A stretch of 64,000 bases of DNA from Bradymonadia bacterium. Its GTDB lineage: Bacteria; Myxococcota_A; Bradymonadia; UBA7976; UBA1532. The stretch spans positions 300,918 through 364,917 of the forward strand of contig JBKAGE010000036.1 in NCBI GenBank assembly GCA_046290225.1, given 5' to 3'. The notes beneath the pieces are model-generated. The model was not told the origin of the DNA and ran no database searches. It saw only the letters and a list, made by a program, of their open reading frames with translations. The translations under genes were made by a program, and so were the position numbers. How positions within the stretch are numbered: the stretch's first letter is position 1; each line of letters opens with the position of its first letter. Positions 28,152 through 38,550 of this stretch are shown piece after piece.

Positions 28152-29216
28152 TCACCACCTACCCGACCAGTTGAACATGGCCCCCTGACCTGACGGCGTC
28201 GGGCTCACGCTGGGCGTCGGCTCAGTGGGCACACCGCCGGGATCGAGTACCAGAAGAGAAATGCCGACACCCAGGGCCGCAGCGCCGATGCCCAGGGCCC
28301 CTGCCCCTGCCCAGCGGGTGTCGTAGACATTGGGACACTCTGTACGGCCGCGGCCATCATCACAGGTGATGTCACCGTCGAGATCGATGAGCCAGATGCC
28401 ACCACCCACCAGCAGAGCACCACCGATGATGCTGCCCCAGCCGTACTGAGCGTAGCTGTCGGTGCGCTCGATGGTGCGCTCGGTCCGCGTCAATGCCGTC
28501 GTCGGCTCCGCCACCACCTTCAAGGGGATCTTCACCGTGATGGGGCCCTTGGCGTCAGCCTTCACCGTCACCGGTCGATCCTCGGGCTCGAAGCCTGCCT
28601 TGCTCAATTTGAGCACATGATCTCCGGGCTTCAGCTTCACCGTGAGGGGGGTCTTGCCCTGGAACACCTCGGCGACGTAGACATCCGCCCCTGGGGGGGT
28701 GCTTTGTACCTGCACATCCATCGGCGCGTCGGCGGGGGCCTTCTTCGGCGCAGGCGCCTTGAGCTGATCAGCGAGCCCCTTCACCGCCTTGGGGATGGTG
28801 ATCGATGCCACCTCGCCCACAGCGCACAGCTCACAGGTCTCGACCTTCGGCGCCCCGACCTTGCCCTGGGCCGCGTCGTAGACCACCACCGTGACCTTGT
28901 AGATTTCGTCTTCGCTGATCACGCTGCTCATGACCGCGAAGCGCGCCTTTGCCGCTTGAGTGAGCGCCGCCCCACACTCGGGGCCAGTACACTTGTCTGC
29001 GGTGATTTTTGCCGTGCCCATCGCCGCAGCAGTGCTGTCCCGGCCCACGACTTTACGGGTCCTGGCGACCGCCTTGCGCACAGCATCGTCGAACTTCGCA
29101 CGAATGGCGTCGGAGATGCCCGCGCCCACCCTCACGGGCGGACACACCACCTTGTCGGCGAAACTCTCGGTGGGCAGGGCGGCGAGAATGAGGCAGATGA
29201 TCGACGTCCGCAGCAT
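28152..29216 (-). CDS. PEGA-domain membrane protein
   Basis: Trimmed to ATG 29216 (MLRTSIICLILAAL). The PEGA motif VQSTPPGADVYVAEVFQGKTPLTVKLKPGDHVLKL is present, with C-terminal TM helices. Confidence 0.7.
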   Translation of the reverse strand: MLRTSIICLILAALPTESFADKVVCPPVRVGAGISDAIRAKFDDAVRKAVARTRKVVGRDSTAAAMGTAKITADKCTGPECGAALTQAAKARFAVMSSVISEDEIYKVTVVVYDAAQGKVGAPKVETCELCAVGEVASITIPKAVKGLADQLKAPAPKKAPADAPMDVQVQSTPPGADVYVAEVFQGKTPLTVKLKPGDHVLKLSKAGFEPEDRPVTVKADAKGPITVKIPLKVVAEPTTALTRTERTIERTDSYAQYGWGSIIGGALLVGGGIWLIDLDGDITCDDGRGRTECPNVYDTRWAGAGALGIGAAALGVGISLLVLDPGGVPTEPTPSVSPTPSGQGAMFNWSGRW

Positions 29217-29285
29217 GCGCTGGTGTTCTCCTGCTGATAGAGCACCCAGCGATACTGTATCCATCCTGCGACAATGTCGATGCTT

Positions 29286-30062
29286 TTACCGACTCTCACC
29301 CTCGAGAACATCCACCACCATGGCGGTGATGTTGTCGTGACCCCCGGCGGCGAGGGCATCTTCGGTGAGTACCCGGGCGGCCACGTTGGGTCGACGACAT
29401 GTGATGAGACGTTGACGAATGCTCTCGTCAGAGACGAGATCGGTGAGCCCATCCGTGCACAGCAAGAAGCGATCACCGGGCATCAGATCCACCTGCTCGA
29501 CGTCGACAGCGACGTTGGGCGAGAGGCCCAGGGCCCGCACGATGACGTTCTTGTAGGGGAAGCTCGACGCCTCATGGGGTTGCAACACCCCCAGGCGTAG
29601 ATACTCGTTCACCAGAGAGTGATCCCAGGTGATCTGCGTCAACCTGCCCCCTCTCAGGTGATAGACCCGGCTGTCACCCACATGGGCCACGTGAGCGATG
29701 TGCTGGTGCACCCAGATCGCCACGACGGTCGTGCCCATACCCTCGTAGTCAGGCCGCACACGTGCTGAAGCCAGAATCTCCTGGTTCGCGATGCGCACCG
29801 CATCGGCGAGGTAGAGGGCGCTCTGGGTCACCCATGATCCCTGCCCCTGCTGTGTATTGAACGTGGGACGGGTCTCGAACTGGTTGCGGACTGCTTCGAC
29901 TGCGAGCTGGCTGGCCACCTCGCCGGAGGCATGGCCACCCATACCGTCGGCGACGACAAAGACCCCCCCACGGGGCATCGCCATCCACGCGTCTTCGTTG
30001 TGATCTCTGACCCGGCCGACATCAGTGACGACGCCGAACCGGCACACGCCTGGCGCCGTCAT
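29286..30062 (-). CDS. PP2C-family Ser/Thr protein phosphatase
   Basis: 258 aa with TDVGRVRDHNEDAW, ADGMGGHASGEVAS, VGDSRVY, LCTDGL and GGHDNITAMVV. Confidence 0.9.
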   Translation of the reverse strand: MTAPGVCRFGVVTDVGRVRDHNEDAWMAMPRGGVFVVADGMGGHASGEVASQLAVEAVRNQFETRPTFNTQQGQGSWVTQSALYLADAVRIANQEILASARVRPDYEGMGTTVVAIWVHQHIAHVAHVGDSRVYHLRGGRLTQITWDHSLVNEYLRLGVLQPHEASSFPYKNVIVRALGLSPNVAVDVEQVDLMPGDRFLLCTDGLTDLVSDESIRQRLITCRRPNVAARVLTEDALAAGGHDNITAMVVDVLEGESR

Positions 30063-30661
30063 ACGTCGAGCTTTCGTGCCAGAGACTTCACTCCATCGTG
30101 CTCTGCATCGATGGCCATCAGGCGCTCAAGGTGCCGTTGGGCAATGGGCGCCCGGCCGATCTCGATGAGCTCGTCGGCGATCTCCAGTCTCAAGCGCACC
30201 ACCTGGGCGATGCCCTCAGCATCACCGGAGGCGGCTTTGCGCTCCGCCTCCCCCAATGACAGAAGTCGGCCGACCCGCTCTCTCAAGCGGCTGATGCGCA
30301 CCGGCTTGGTCATGTAGTCGTCTACACCCGATGCCTGAGCCTGACGCAAGCTCTCACCATCTTCCCGAGCGGTGATCACCATGACCGGCAGCTGCCCGGT
30401 GTAGTGCATCTTCAGGTAGCGGGTGGTCTCCAGACCGTCGAGACGGGGCATCATGATGTCCATGAGCACCAGGTCGGGCAGGTTGTTCTGGGTGATCAGG
30501 ATCGCGTGCTCACCATCGGCCACACGCTTGACCTTCAACCCCATGCTCGCCACCCCCCGAACGATCAGGGCCGCAGCGGCGTCATCATCTTCTACGAGTA
30601 GGATGTCGTAGGGATGATTCGGCGCTTGCCCCTCGCTCCTGGCGTTTATCGACTCACTCAC
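30059..30661 (-). CDS. Response regulator (receiver domain plus C-terminal helical extension)
   Basis: ILLVEDDD...DLVLMDIMMPRLDG...VMVITAR...MTKP are canonical receiver residues. Its stop overlaps the PP2C start. Confidence 0.85.
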   Translation of the reverse strand: MSESINARSEGQAPNHPYDILLVEDDDAAAALIVRGVASMGLKVKRVADGEHAILITQNNLPDLVLMDIMMPRLDGLETTRYLKMHYTGQLPVMVITAREDGESLRQAQASGVDDYMTKPVRISRLRERVGRLLSLGEAERKAASGDAEGIAQVVRLRLEIADELIEIGRAPIAQRHLERLMAIDAEHDGVKSLARKLDV

Positions 30662-30705
30662 GATCCCTCACTCCTCTCCACCTCAATGCGCTACGGCACC
30701 TATGC

Positions 30706-33087
30706 TCACCCTTCGGCGATCTCCCCCGATCGCTCAAGGGGTAGGCTCACTCGGAAGACACTTCCCTCCCCTTTTTGGGAAGACACCTTCACCGAGCCGC
30801 CCATGCTGTGACACAGCTCCTTGGTGATGGCCAGGCCCAAACCCGAGCCACTGTATCTGCGGGTGCGGGATCCATCTGCCTGACGAAACTTCTCGAAAAT
30901 CGCCGGCAACAGCTCGGTGTCGATGCCGATGCCGGTGTCTCGCACCTCTAGAAAGAGTCGGTCCTGATGGGGCCACAGCTTGACCCTCACCTCACCCTCT
31001 TCCGTGAACTTGATCGCGTTCGAGACCAGATTCTGCACGATGCGGGTGAACTTGTCCTGATCGATGAGGACCACCCCTACGGCTTCGTCGACCTCATGGG
31101 CCAGGGCGATGCCCTTGCTGTCGGCCATGGGCTTGAGGTGACCCGTGCACTCAGAGAGCAGCTCGCCCACATCGACAGGACGCACGTCGATGGTGATCTT
31201 GCCCGCCTCGATGCGCGACAGGTCGAGGATGTCCGTGATCAAGGCCAGCAGCTGCTCCGCGTTGCGCATCACCTTGCCGAGATTCTCCCGGCTCGTGTCC
31301 TTCATCTGACCATCACGGAGCATCACCAGCTCGGTGAACCCGATGATGGCGTTGAGCGGGGTCCGCAGCTCGTGGCTCACGGTGGCGAGGAACTCGCTCT
31401 TGAGCTGGTTCGCCTGCTCGAGTTCGGTGTTCACCTCTTCGAGCTCTCGGGTCTTTTGCTCCAGCGCCACCGCCGAGGTCCGGATGGTCTCCACGGATCG
31501 CGCGTTGTTCAGGGCCACGGCGATTTGGAAGATCGAGTCTTCGACGAAGTGGCGGACCTCTTCGTCGAAGGGGGTCATGCCCGCGAGCTCCACCACCCCC
31601 ATGAGCTCGTCCTGGAAGATCATGGGCACCACCAGGATCGAGCCGGTATGGGCTTCGATGACCCCGGTGATGATCTTGAGATCGGCGAGGGGCACATCGG
31701 CGAAGTGCAGGCTCTCGCGATCCCGGGCGGCCTGACCGACGAGCCCTTCTCCGAACCGGACGCGCTCGAGGAGCATGGCCCCTCGCAACACCGCAAAGCT
31801 CTCGGCGAGGAGCAGCTCCTCGCGGCCAGCCATCTTGAGATACATGCACCCCGCCTTCGCCCCCGTGGCCTGGGACAACGATTTCAGCGAGAGTCGCAAG
31901 ATGTCGGAGACGTGCACGCTCCGGTTGAGACCGGTGACGAGCTGATCACGGTGATGCTGTTGCTCTTTGACGCTGATGAGCGATCGCGCCAGGTGATTGA
32001 ACGCACCCCCGAGCTCGCCCAGCTCCGAGACGCCTCCGGGGAGCTTCACTTCGTCCCGAGGCGACTCGCCACGCTCCAGCCTGCGGGCCAGATCTTTGAG
32101 CGCCCAGAGGTCGCGCTCCATGCTGCCGATGAAGGCGCCCATCAGCAGAGCTGCGAGGCCGAACCCCACCACGGTCATGCCGATCAGCCAGATCAGGCTG
32201 TTGTAGCGGCGGTTCTGGATCTCCGTCATCCGCGTCTCTACGCGCTGACGCTCGTCTGCGGTGAGGGCGGCGGTGTACTCCCACAGCGTCTCGAAGTGCT
32301 CCAACCATGCGTACTCGAGGGCGATGAATCGCCGCTCCACCGACTCCCGCTTCACCACGTTCACCTGCATTTCAAGAAGCACCTTGCCGATGCTGTCGAT
32401 GAGGCCCAGGGTCGGGCGCCTCTGTGCTGATCCGGCCATCTCCCGTATCACTCTGCGGCGGAGCGACTTGAGGTGAGCAAGGTGCGTGTCCAGCGCCTCC
32501 TTCCATGGGGTGAGGGCCTCGGCGCTGGCATATCTCAGCAGTTCGAATGTCTGCAGCAGGTCGATGCTGAAGCGCTCGACGCGATCGGCGATTTCCTGGG
32601 GCAATGCCGACTCGCCCTGTTGGGAGACCAGACCGTTGGAGCGGCCGGCGATGAGCTGCACTTGCGATGCGAGGGTGGTGCTCAGCTTCTCGATCTGAAC
32701 CCGGTGAGCGCTGCGGTTTTCACTCAGCTTTTTGCTCAGATCGTCGAGATGGCTCAGCTCTTCCGAGACCACCACCTTCTTGATCTCGCTCTTCTCCCAG
32801 TGCTCCGAAGCTTGCTCGATGAGGCCTCGCAGCTGATCTCTCAGGCGCTGACTTTCAGCCTCGAAGGCCTCGCCAGCGCCGCTGTTGAAGCGCTCTTGAG
32901 CGATGCGGAGTCTGTGCATCGTGGTGCGGATCGCCGACTGCTGTCGCACGCTGTCGAACTCGGTGGCCACGAGGGCCTGAGCGCCTCGGTGCAGTTTGGC
33001 GATGTGATAATAGCTGGTGGCGATGAGGGCGCCGCCAGTGATCAGAATCACCAGGCCGATCAGCAGCAGCCGGATCCGCAGGGTCAT
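30706..33087 (-). CDS. Sensor histidine kinase (TM sensor region, HAMP, GAF, HisKA, HATPase_c)
   Basis: 793 aa with H-box FLATVSHELRTPLNAIIGF, N/G boxes (LVSNAIKFT, DTGIGI, GSGLGLAI) and a GAF-like segment upstream. Confidence 0.9.
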   Translation of the reverse strand: MTLRIRLLLIGLVILITGGALIATSYYHIAKLHRGAQALVATEFDSVRQQSAIRTTMHRLRIAQERFNSGAGEAFEAESQRLRDQLRGLIEQASEHWEKSEIKKVVVSEELSHLDDLSKKLSENRSAHRVQIEKLSTTLASQVQLIAGRSNGLVSQQGESALPQEIADRVERFSIDLLQTFELLRYASAEALTPWKEALDTHLAHLKSLRRRVIREMAGSAQRRPTLGLIDSIGKVLLEMQVNVVKRESVERRFIALEYAWLEHFETLWEYTAALTADERQRVETRMTEIQNRRYNSLIWLIGMTVVGFGLAALLMGAFIGSMERDLWALKDLARRLERGESPRDEVKLPGGVSELGELGGAFNHLARSLISVKEQQHHRDQLVTGLNRSVHVSDILRLSLKSLSQATGAKAGCMYLKMAGREELLLAESFAVLRGAMLLERVRFGEGLVGQAARDRESLHFADVPLADLKIITGVIEAHTGSILVVPMIFQDELMGVVELAGMTPFDEEVRHFVEDSIFQIAVALNNARSVETIRTSAVALEQKTRELEEVNTELEQANQLKSEFLATVSHELRTPLNAIIGFTELVMLRDGQMKDTSRENLGKVMRNAEQLLALITDILDLSRIEAGKITIDVRPVDVGELLSECTGHLKPMADSKGIALAHEVDEAVGVVLIDQDKFTRIVQNLVSNAIKFTEEGEVRVKLWPHQDRLFLEVRDTGIGIDTELLPAIFEKFRQADGSRTRRYSGSGLGLAITKELCHSMGGSVKVSSQKGEGSVFRVSLPLERSGEIAEG

Positions 33088-34859
33088 TTTTCAGCAGTCC
33101 ATGGGGGCGGCAGGAGCGGCGAGCGCCCCTTGTCTTTTTGAGTGCGCTGAAGCTCGATCTCTTCAAAGAGCATGGCCGGGGCCACTGCGCTCACGGGCAC
33201 ATACCCGCTCTCGGCACCGCAGAAACCATTGAAGGCGTCCATCTCCTCGCTGGCGGCGAGGATTTTGTTCATCGCCGTGAGCGGGGTACCCACCATCTCC
33301 ACCCCACGAACCAGCGTCTCCTCGCCGGTCCTGGCGTCGACGCGATACACGAGGCGGGGGGAGCCCTTGAAGGCCTGGTAACCGTAGTTGCTGGTGTTCG
33401 TGGATCCCCCGGTGATGTCCCGAATGACGAGGCCGTAAGGCTTGCCTTGCTTACGTGCTGCCTTGACGAGCATGTCGGTGAGCTTTTTCCGGGGCACGCG
33501 GCGGCTCGACTCCACGATCAAGTTGCCCATCCGGGCCATGGGGCTGCGCGTGCTCTGGGTCCGACCGTGGCCGTTGCTCTCCGGAGCACCCTCCACAGGG
33601 GTACGGCTGGTGAGGAATGTCTTGAGCACTCCGTCTTGCACCAGCACCACGTTTCGAGAAGGCACGCCTTGATCGTCGTGGGTGTAGTAGCCGTTGAGGG
33701 GCAGCGAGCCGATGGACTTCACCGTAGGATCATCTCGTACGGAGATGAAGGTGGGCAGGATCCGCGTACCCAGCTGTCCCTGGAAGGTACGACCCTCTTC
33801 CTCGTCGCTCTGACGCTCGCCTTCCAGTCGGTGACCGAGGGTTTCGTGGAAGAACACGCCGGTGGCCTGAGGCTCCAAGATCGCCGGACCGGTGTACGGA
33901 TCGGCCACGGGCGCATTCCTGAGGGCCTCGAGGTTCTTCAGGGCCTCGTCCACCTGGGCGAAGAGCGTGGCCTCGTCGGGCAGCGTGCTCCACTCGCGGC
34001 TGTAGTGCGTACGCCCCTGCTCCAGCAGCATGCCGTCGGGGGCCCGGGTGATGGCTTCGAAGGCCACAGTGTACAGACGCTGGTCCTTGACGATCTCAGT
34101 GCCTTCGCTGTTGACCAGGTACACCCGCCAGAGGGTGCCCTCGATGCGCACCGCCCCTTCGAGCAGCTTCGGATCAGCCTTGAACTTCGCCGAGAGCCTC
34201 CGGGCCAGATCGGCCCATCCCGCCCGATCAGTTTCCAGCTTCAGCGGCGTGTCACGGTGCTTGATCGCCTCTGCCTTGCTCAGGCTGCCCACCTTGCGAT
34301 CGTCGATCTCGCTCACCTTTTGAGCGCGCTTCTTCAGAAAGTTCGACAGAGCATTCTTGTAGGCCACGTCGGTGAGCAGCCAGAGCGTGGCCCTCAAGAT
34401 GGCGGCGGACCCCTCAATTGGGGCGTCCTGACTGGGCTCGAAAGCTGCGGGCTCGCCGAACAGATCGAAGTCGTTGGCCTTGAGGCTGCTGTCGAAGTCG
34501 TAGCTGCCCACCCGAACGTCCACGGCCACACGTCGGCGGCGATCGTCTTCGTCTTCGAGCAAGGCGCCGAAACGCGCCTGCACCCTCACGCTCCGAGCGT
34601 CGACGATGCGGTAGGCGATGAAATAGGGGTGCTCGTAGTCTTCGAGCTTGAGCTCTCCCTGACTGCGCTTCAGCTCGTCGGCCATAGCCTTGAGGATCAC
34701 CGTACGCTCGGCAGGATCCATGGGCTCGCCCCCGGCACCCGCCTGAGCAGGCGCCGCGATGGCGGAAGAGACCAGTCCGCCCGCACAGACAATGCCGAGG
34801 GTGAGGACGAAGAGAGCCTTTTGCGTGACCTTCGCTGTGATGTACACGTGTCGCTTCAC
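33084..34859 (-). CDS. TldD/PmbA-family metallopeptidase, secreted
   Basis: FFHETLGHRLEGE (HExxGH motif) and the C-terminal GFCGAESGYVPVS. The track ORF starts at GTG 34913, which would overlap the divergent pabB start. I chose GTG 34859 ((V)KRHVYITAKVTQKALFVLTLGIV signal peptide). The start is uncertain. Confidence 0.75.
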   Translation of the reverse strand: MKRHVYITAKVTQKALFVLTLGIVCAGGLVSSAIAAPAQAGAGGEPMDPAERTVILKAMADELKRSQGELKLEDYEHPYFIAYRIVDARSVRVQARFGALLEDEDDRRRRVAVDVRVGSYDFDSSLKANDFDLFGEPAAFEPSQDAPIEGSAAILRATLWLLTDVAYKNALSNFLKKRAQKVSEIDDRKVGSLSKAEAIKHRDTPLKLETDRAGWADLARRLSAKFKADPKLLEGAVRIEGTLWRVYLVNSEGTEIVKDQRLYTVAFEAITRAPDGMLLEQGRTHYSREWSTLPDEATLFAQVDEALKNLEALRNAPVADPYTGPAILEPQATGVFFHETLGHRLEGERQSDEEEGRTFQGQLGTRILPTFISVRDDPTVKSIGSLPLNGYYTHDDQGVPSRNVVLVQDGVLKTFLTSRTPVEGAPESNGHGRTQSTRSPMARMGNLIVESSRRVPRKKLTDMLVKAARKQGKPYGLVIRDITGGSTNTSNYGYQAFKGSPRLVYRVDARTGEETLVRGVEMVGTPLTAMNKILAASEEMDAFNGFCGAESGYVPVSAVAPAMLFEEIELQRTQKDKGRSPLLPPPWTAEK

Positions 34860-34864
34860 CTTGA

Positions 34865-36250
34865 ATGGGCACCCGTGAGCCGCGGCTTCAGGGTGCTGTT
34901 TTGATGTCTTCACACCCCGTAGAGCGCGTCGTCAACTTCGGATCGCCCCTTCGATGGGTCGAGACCCACGGACTGCCCGTGGGTGCCGCCCTCTTGGACA
35001 CTGATCCACGGGCCGGCGTTCCCGAAGATCTCACGCGCTTCTCGGCCCTGGGGCTCGACCCCGTCGAGGTGATCTCTCACACGTTGGGACCAGACCCGCT
35101 CTCAGAGGATCCGATCTCCGCGCTGGAGGCGTTGCACCAACGCAGCCTGCTCGAAGGCCTCGACGCGCGCCTGGGGCCGAGGCCCATGGTCATGTGCGCC
35201 CTCGCCTACGATCTCGGCCGTTGCTTCGAGCGCTTGCCGGCGCTTCGCCCTCGAGACCATACCCTGCCCGATCTGTGGGCCGCCCGCTATTCGGCGGTCT
35301 ACGTATGGGATCATTTGTGCCAGCGCGGTCGAATCACCGCCGAGTCTCCCGAGGCCGCCGCTCAACTGGCCCACCGGCTCGCAGCGCCGGCTTCACCCCC
35401 TGCCCCGCTCACCCCGGGCACCGCACGACCCGCCATGGACCGTGAGGCATATCTCGACGCCATCGCCCAAATTCGTGAGCACATCCGCCTCGGCGATGTC
35501 TACCAGGTGAACTTCACGCTGCGCTTCACCGCCACCCTCCCCACCTCGGGGTCCGATCCAGCAGCTCTGTTCTCTGCTCTGCGTCGAGAGACCTCGGCCC
35601 CCTTCGCCGTGGCCATGCGCCTCGACGCAGATCGCGCCATCCTCAGCGTGAGCCCGGAGCGCTATCTGAAGTGGCGCCCGGGCGGTGTGGTGGAGACCCG
35701 GCCGATCAAGGGCACCCGACCTCGTGGCGCCGATGCCCGAGAAGACGCCGCGCTCTCCGAGCAGCTGCAACACAGCGCCAAGGATCGCGCCGAGCACATC
35801 ATGATCGTCGATCTGGAGCGCAACGATCTCGGTCGATTGTGTGTGCCGGGCACAGTGCGCCCCAGCCGACTGCTGGCCCCTGAAGCGCACCCCACGGTGC
35901 ACCACCTCGTGAGCACGGTCGAAGGGGTGCTCCGCCCTCAGGTGGGGCTGAACGATCTCCTGCAGGCCACCTTCCCCGGCGGCAGCATCACCGGCGCGCC
36001 CAAAATCAGGGCCATGGAGATCATCGAGCAGCTGGAGCAGAGTCGCCGGGGCATCTACTGCGGAGCTCTGGGCTATCTCGATGCCCTCGGTGGAGGCGAT
36101 CTGAACCTGCCGATCCGCACCGCATGGGTCGACGGTGATCAGCTCGTGTACCCCGCTGGGGGCGGCATCGTCATCGACAGTGATGGTGAAGAAGAATGGG
36201 CTGAGGTGGCCGCCAAGGCGGCGGCCTTCACCCGCGCCTGCGGCGGGTGA
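34865..36250 (+). CDS. pabB: Aminodeoxychorismate synthase component I (chorismate-binding enzyme family)
   Basis: RPIKGTRPRG, IMIVDLERNDLGR and FPGGSITGAPK are signatures of the PabB/TrpE family. Size and motifs favour PabB. An alternative start is at ATG 34904. Confidence 0.75.
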   Translation: MGTREPRLQGAVLMSSHPVERVVNFGSPLRWVETHGLPVGAALLDTDPRAGVPEDLTRFSALGLDPVEVISHTLGPDPLSEDPISALEALHQRSLLEGLDARLGPRPMVMCALAYDLGRCFERLPALRPRDHTLPDLWAARYSAVYVWDHLCQRGRITAESPEAAAQLAHRLAAPASPPAPLTPGTARPAMDREAYLDAIAQIREHIRLGDVYQVNFTLRFTATLPTSGSDPAALFSALRRETSAPFAVAMRLDADRAILSVSPERYLKWRPGGVVETRPIKGTRPRGADAREDAALSEQLQHSAKDRAEHIMIVDLERNDLGRLCVPGTVRPSRLLAPEAHPTVHHLVSTVEGVLRPQVGLNDLLQATFPGGSITGAPKIRAMEIIEQLEQSRRGIYCGALGYLDALGGGDLNLPIRTAWVDGDQLVYPAGGGIVIDSDGEEEWAEVAAKAAAFTRACGG

Positions 36251-36273
36251 TCACGAGATCGAGTTTACTGCAG

Positions 36274-36717
36274 CTACTGCTGCTGGGACTTCTGGGCATT
36301 CCAGCGACCGCCCCCCTCTTCCGCCTGATCGTACCCCCAGGTGCCCTGCAGCTTCGTACCCGCGTGGGTGATGCGGAAGACGGCCTTGCCCCGCTTGGGG
36401 AAGATGGCCCTGGCGGTGTCGCCGGGCTCGATCCAGTCGATGCGCAACAGATCACCGTTGATCTTGCCCCGGAGGGTGCCGTCGTATTCTGGCCCTCGGG
36501 GGTTCTGATAGCTGCCCTGAACAGTGTCGCCCGACTGGATCAGCTTCATGTCGCCGAACTCCTGGCTGTACCAGAGCCCGTTGAGGTTGAGACCGGGGAT
36601 CGCTGGCCCTGGTTGCATTTTGGGCTTCTCGGGTGCGCCACCACAGCCTGCGAGGTTGCCAGTTGTACCGACAAGGGCCAGGGCGAGGACGATGCGCTTG
36701 ATCATGAAGCGGGACAT
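36274..36717 (-). CDS. Small lipoprotein, unknown function
   Basis: Trimmed to ATG 36717, giving MSRFMIKRIVLALALVGTTGNLAGC (lipobox). The upstream part of the track ORF is Arg/Pro-rich junk. Confidence 0.5.
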   Translation of the reverse strand: MSRFMIKRIVLALALVGTTGNLAGCGGAPEKPKMQPGPAIPGLNLNGLWYSQEFGDMKLIQSGDTVQGSYQNPRGPEYDGTLRGKINGDLLRIDWIEPGDTARAIFPKRGKAVFRITHAGTKLQGTWGYDQAEEGGGRWNAQKSQQQ

Positions 36718-36770
36718 TGTGGCTCCAGTGAAGTCATGACAGGGAACAAGTACCCGCCCCAGCGGCGCTG

Positions 36771-37604
36771 TCAAGCCTCGGCGATGGCGCTCAACAGCGC
36801 ATGGTGGAGGCGGTGCCCTGCGCATTGGGCCACGACACGTGCCTGAAGCGGACGCCCGAGACACATCAGATCACCGAGGAGATCGAGGGCCTTGTGACGC
36901 ACGGGCTCGTCAGGCCAGCGGAGCCCGTCGACGTTGAGGGGCACACCAGCGTCGTCGAAGACCACCGTGTTCTCCAAACTCACCCCACCGAGCACCCCAG
37001 CGGCAGCGAGGGCTTCTCGATCTCTCAAATGACCAAAGGTCCTGGCGTGGGCCACCGCGGCGATCATGTCGGATCCAGGCGGGCCACACTCGAGCACCAT
37101 GGGTTGCTGAGGCGGATAGTGCACCTCGACCCGTGCGCTGAAGCGCTCAGCGGGCGTGGCGACGATGCAGGCCTGCCCCTCGGCGACCTCGATTGTGCGC
37201 TCGAGCACAACCGGTGAATACGGCGGCTCCCCCTCAAGTTCCACCGCTGCGATGGCCTCGACCCATCGGCCCGCGCTCCCATCGAAGATTGGCGGCTCTC
37301 CGCCTTCGATGGCGATCTCGGCGTCGGTGATGCCCATCAACCAGAGCGCACCGAGCAGGTGCTCCACCAGAGCCACTGGGCCACGGGCGGTCATCACGGC
37401 GGTGGCGCGACTCACGTTCGGGATCAAGACACGAGGCGTCAGAGGAGTGTCATTGATCACCACCCCCCGCCGGCCAGGAGAGATGGTGGTGACACAGGGC
37501 GCACCACTCCTTAGCCCCACGCCGCTTTGAATCACGACATCGGCCACCGTGCGGCGTTTAAGCCAACTCTCGTCGTCGGTGCAAAAGCGTGCGCTGGAGT
37601 CCAT
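36771..37604 (-). CDS. lpxC: UDP-3-O-acyl-N-acetylglucosamine deacetylase
   Basis: GVGLRSG, LVEHLLGAL, PIFDGSA, ARTFG, VRHKALDLLGDL and AGHRLH cover the LpxC zinc and catalytic motifs. Trimmed from the 393-aa track ORF to ATG 37604 (277 aa). Confidence 0.85.
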   Translation of the reverse strand: MDSSARFCTDDESWLKRRTVADVVIQSGVGLRSGAPCVTTISPGRRGVVINDTPLTPRVLIPNVSRATAVMTARGPVALVEHLLGALWLMGITDAEIAIEGGEPPIFDGSAGRWVEAIAAVELEGEPPYSPVVLERTIEVAEGQACIVATPAERFSARVEVHYPPQQPMVLECGPPGSDMIAAVAHARTFGHLRDREALAAAGVLGGVSLENTVVFDDAGVPLNVDGLRWPDEPVRHKALDLLGDLMCLGRPLQARVVAQCAGHRLHHALLSAIAEA

Positions 37605-37677
37605 CGACCACTCCTGGCAGGATGAGCCCCTCTTCATCGTCGATGTGCAAGGTTCGATGCCAGTGTTCTCTGATCTC

Positions 37678-38550
37678 ATGCACCTTCTGCCGGCGCCCTC
37701 GGCCGCCCTGCTGTTCGCCCTCGCCGCCCTGTCCACCGGGTGTGGTGGTGACGACAGCAGCGGAGACGACAGCGAACCGGTGATGCCCGACGCCACCGTC
37801 GCCGACGCCTTCGTCATCACCGAGACCTCGTGCGACTCCGCCTCCGGCCGCGCCCTTGTGCCCGGAGGGCCCTTCACCTGTGAGGGCGAGCCCGAGTACG
37901 TCACCATCGAGACCCGACGTGACGGCGCCGCGTACCAGTACGACATCTTCACCTATGAGGCGAGCCACCCGCTCTCGACCGAGACCCTCGCGTTCCCGTG
38001 TGCCGGTGAGAGCGACGTCGAAGCCGGCATCGCCAACTTCGCGGCACCAGAGGGCGCAGAAGCGTGCTCCATCGCCGGCGTCCGCCCCTGGCACAGCGTC
38101 ACCTGGGAAGAAGCCCGTACAGCGTGTCAGGCCATCGGCTGGCGCATGTGCGACGACTTCGAGATCGAGCGCGGCTGTACCGGGGGCGATGGCCGCCGGT
38201 ACACCTACGGCGATCAGTTCCGCTCTGGCACTCAGGGCTGCAACGTACAGCAGTCCTACCTTGCTCCTGGCGCCGAGTTCACCAGCGAAGCCCCTACGGG
38301 CAGCTTCGAGTTCTGCGTGAGCGCCGATGGTGTCTTCGATCTCAACGGCAACCTCTGGGAATGGTCTGGCAGCCCCCTCGAAGACGACTCTCGAGGTCGA
38401 CGCTATGTCGGTGCAGGCTGGAAGATCATCGCCGAGCGCCACCAGGACGAAGAGCAAGCCTGTCAGGCTGAATCGCAGGTGCTGGGCTCTTTTGCCCGCA
38501 GCTTCAAGAGCCCCATCGTGGGTTTCCGCTGCTGCCGTGACGCCCAGTGA
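37678..38550 (+). CDS. Lipoprotein with an FGE-sulfatase (SUMF1/formylglycine-generating-enzyme-like) domain
   Basis: Trimmed to ATG 37678, giving MHLLPAPSAALLFALAALSTGC. Motifs WEEARTACQAIGWRMC, GNLWEWS and GFRCCR are present. Confidence 0.65.
   Translation: MHLLPAPSAALLFALAALSTGCGGDDSSGDDSEPVMPDATVADAFVITETSCDSASGRALVPGGPFTCEGEPEYVTIETRRDGAAYQYDIFTYEASHPLSTETLAFPCAGESDVEAGIANFAAPEGAEACSIAGVRPWHSVTWEEARTACQAIGWRMCDDFEIERGCTGGDGRRYTYGDQFRSGTQGCNVQQSYLAPGAEFTSEAPTGSFEFCVSADGVFDLNGNLWEWSGSPLEDDSRGRRYVGAGWKIIAERHQDEEQACQAESQVLGSFARSFKSPIVGFRCCRDAQ

Noticed and set aside
33138-34904. 588-aa + ORF
   Set aside because: It is the antisense shadow of the TldD/PmbA-like gene.
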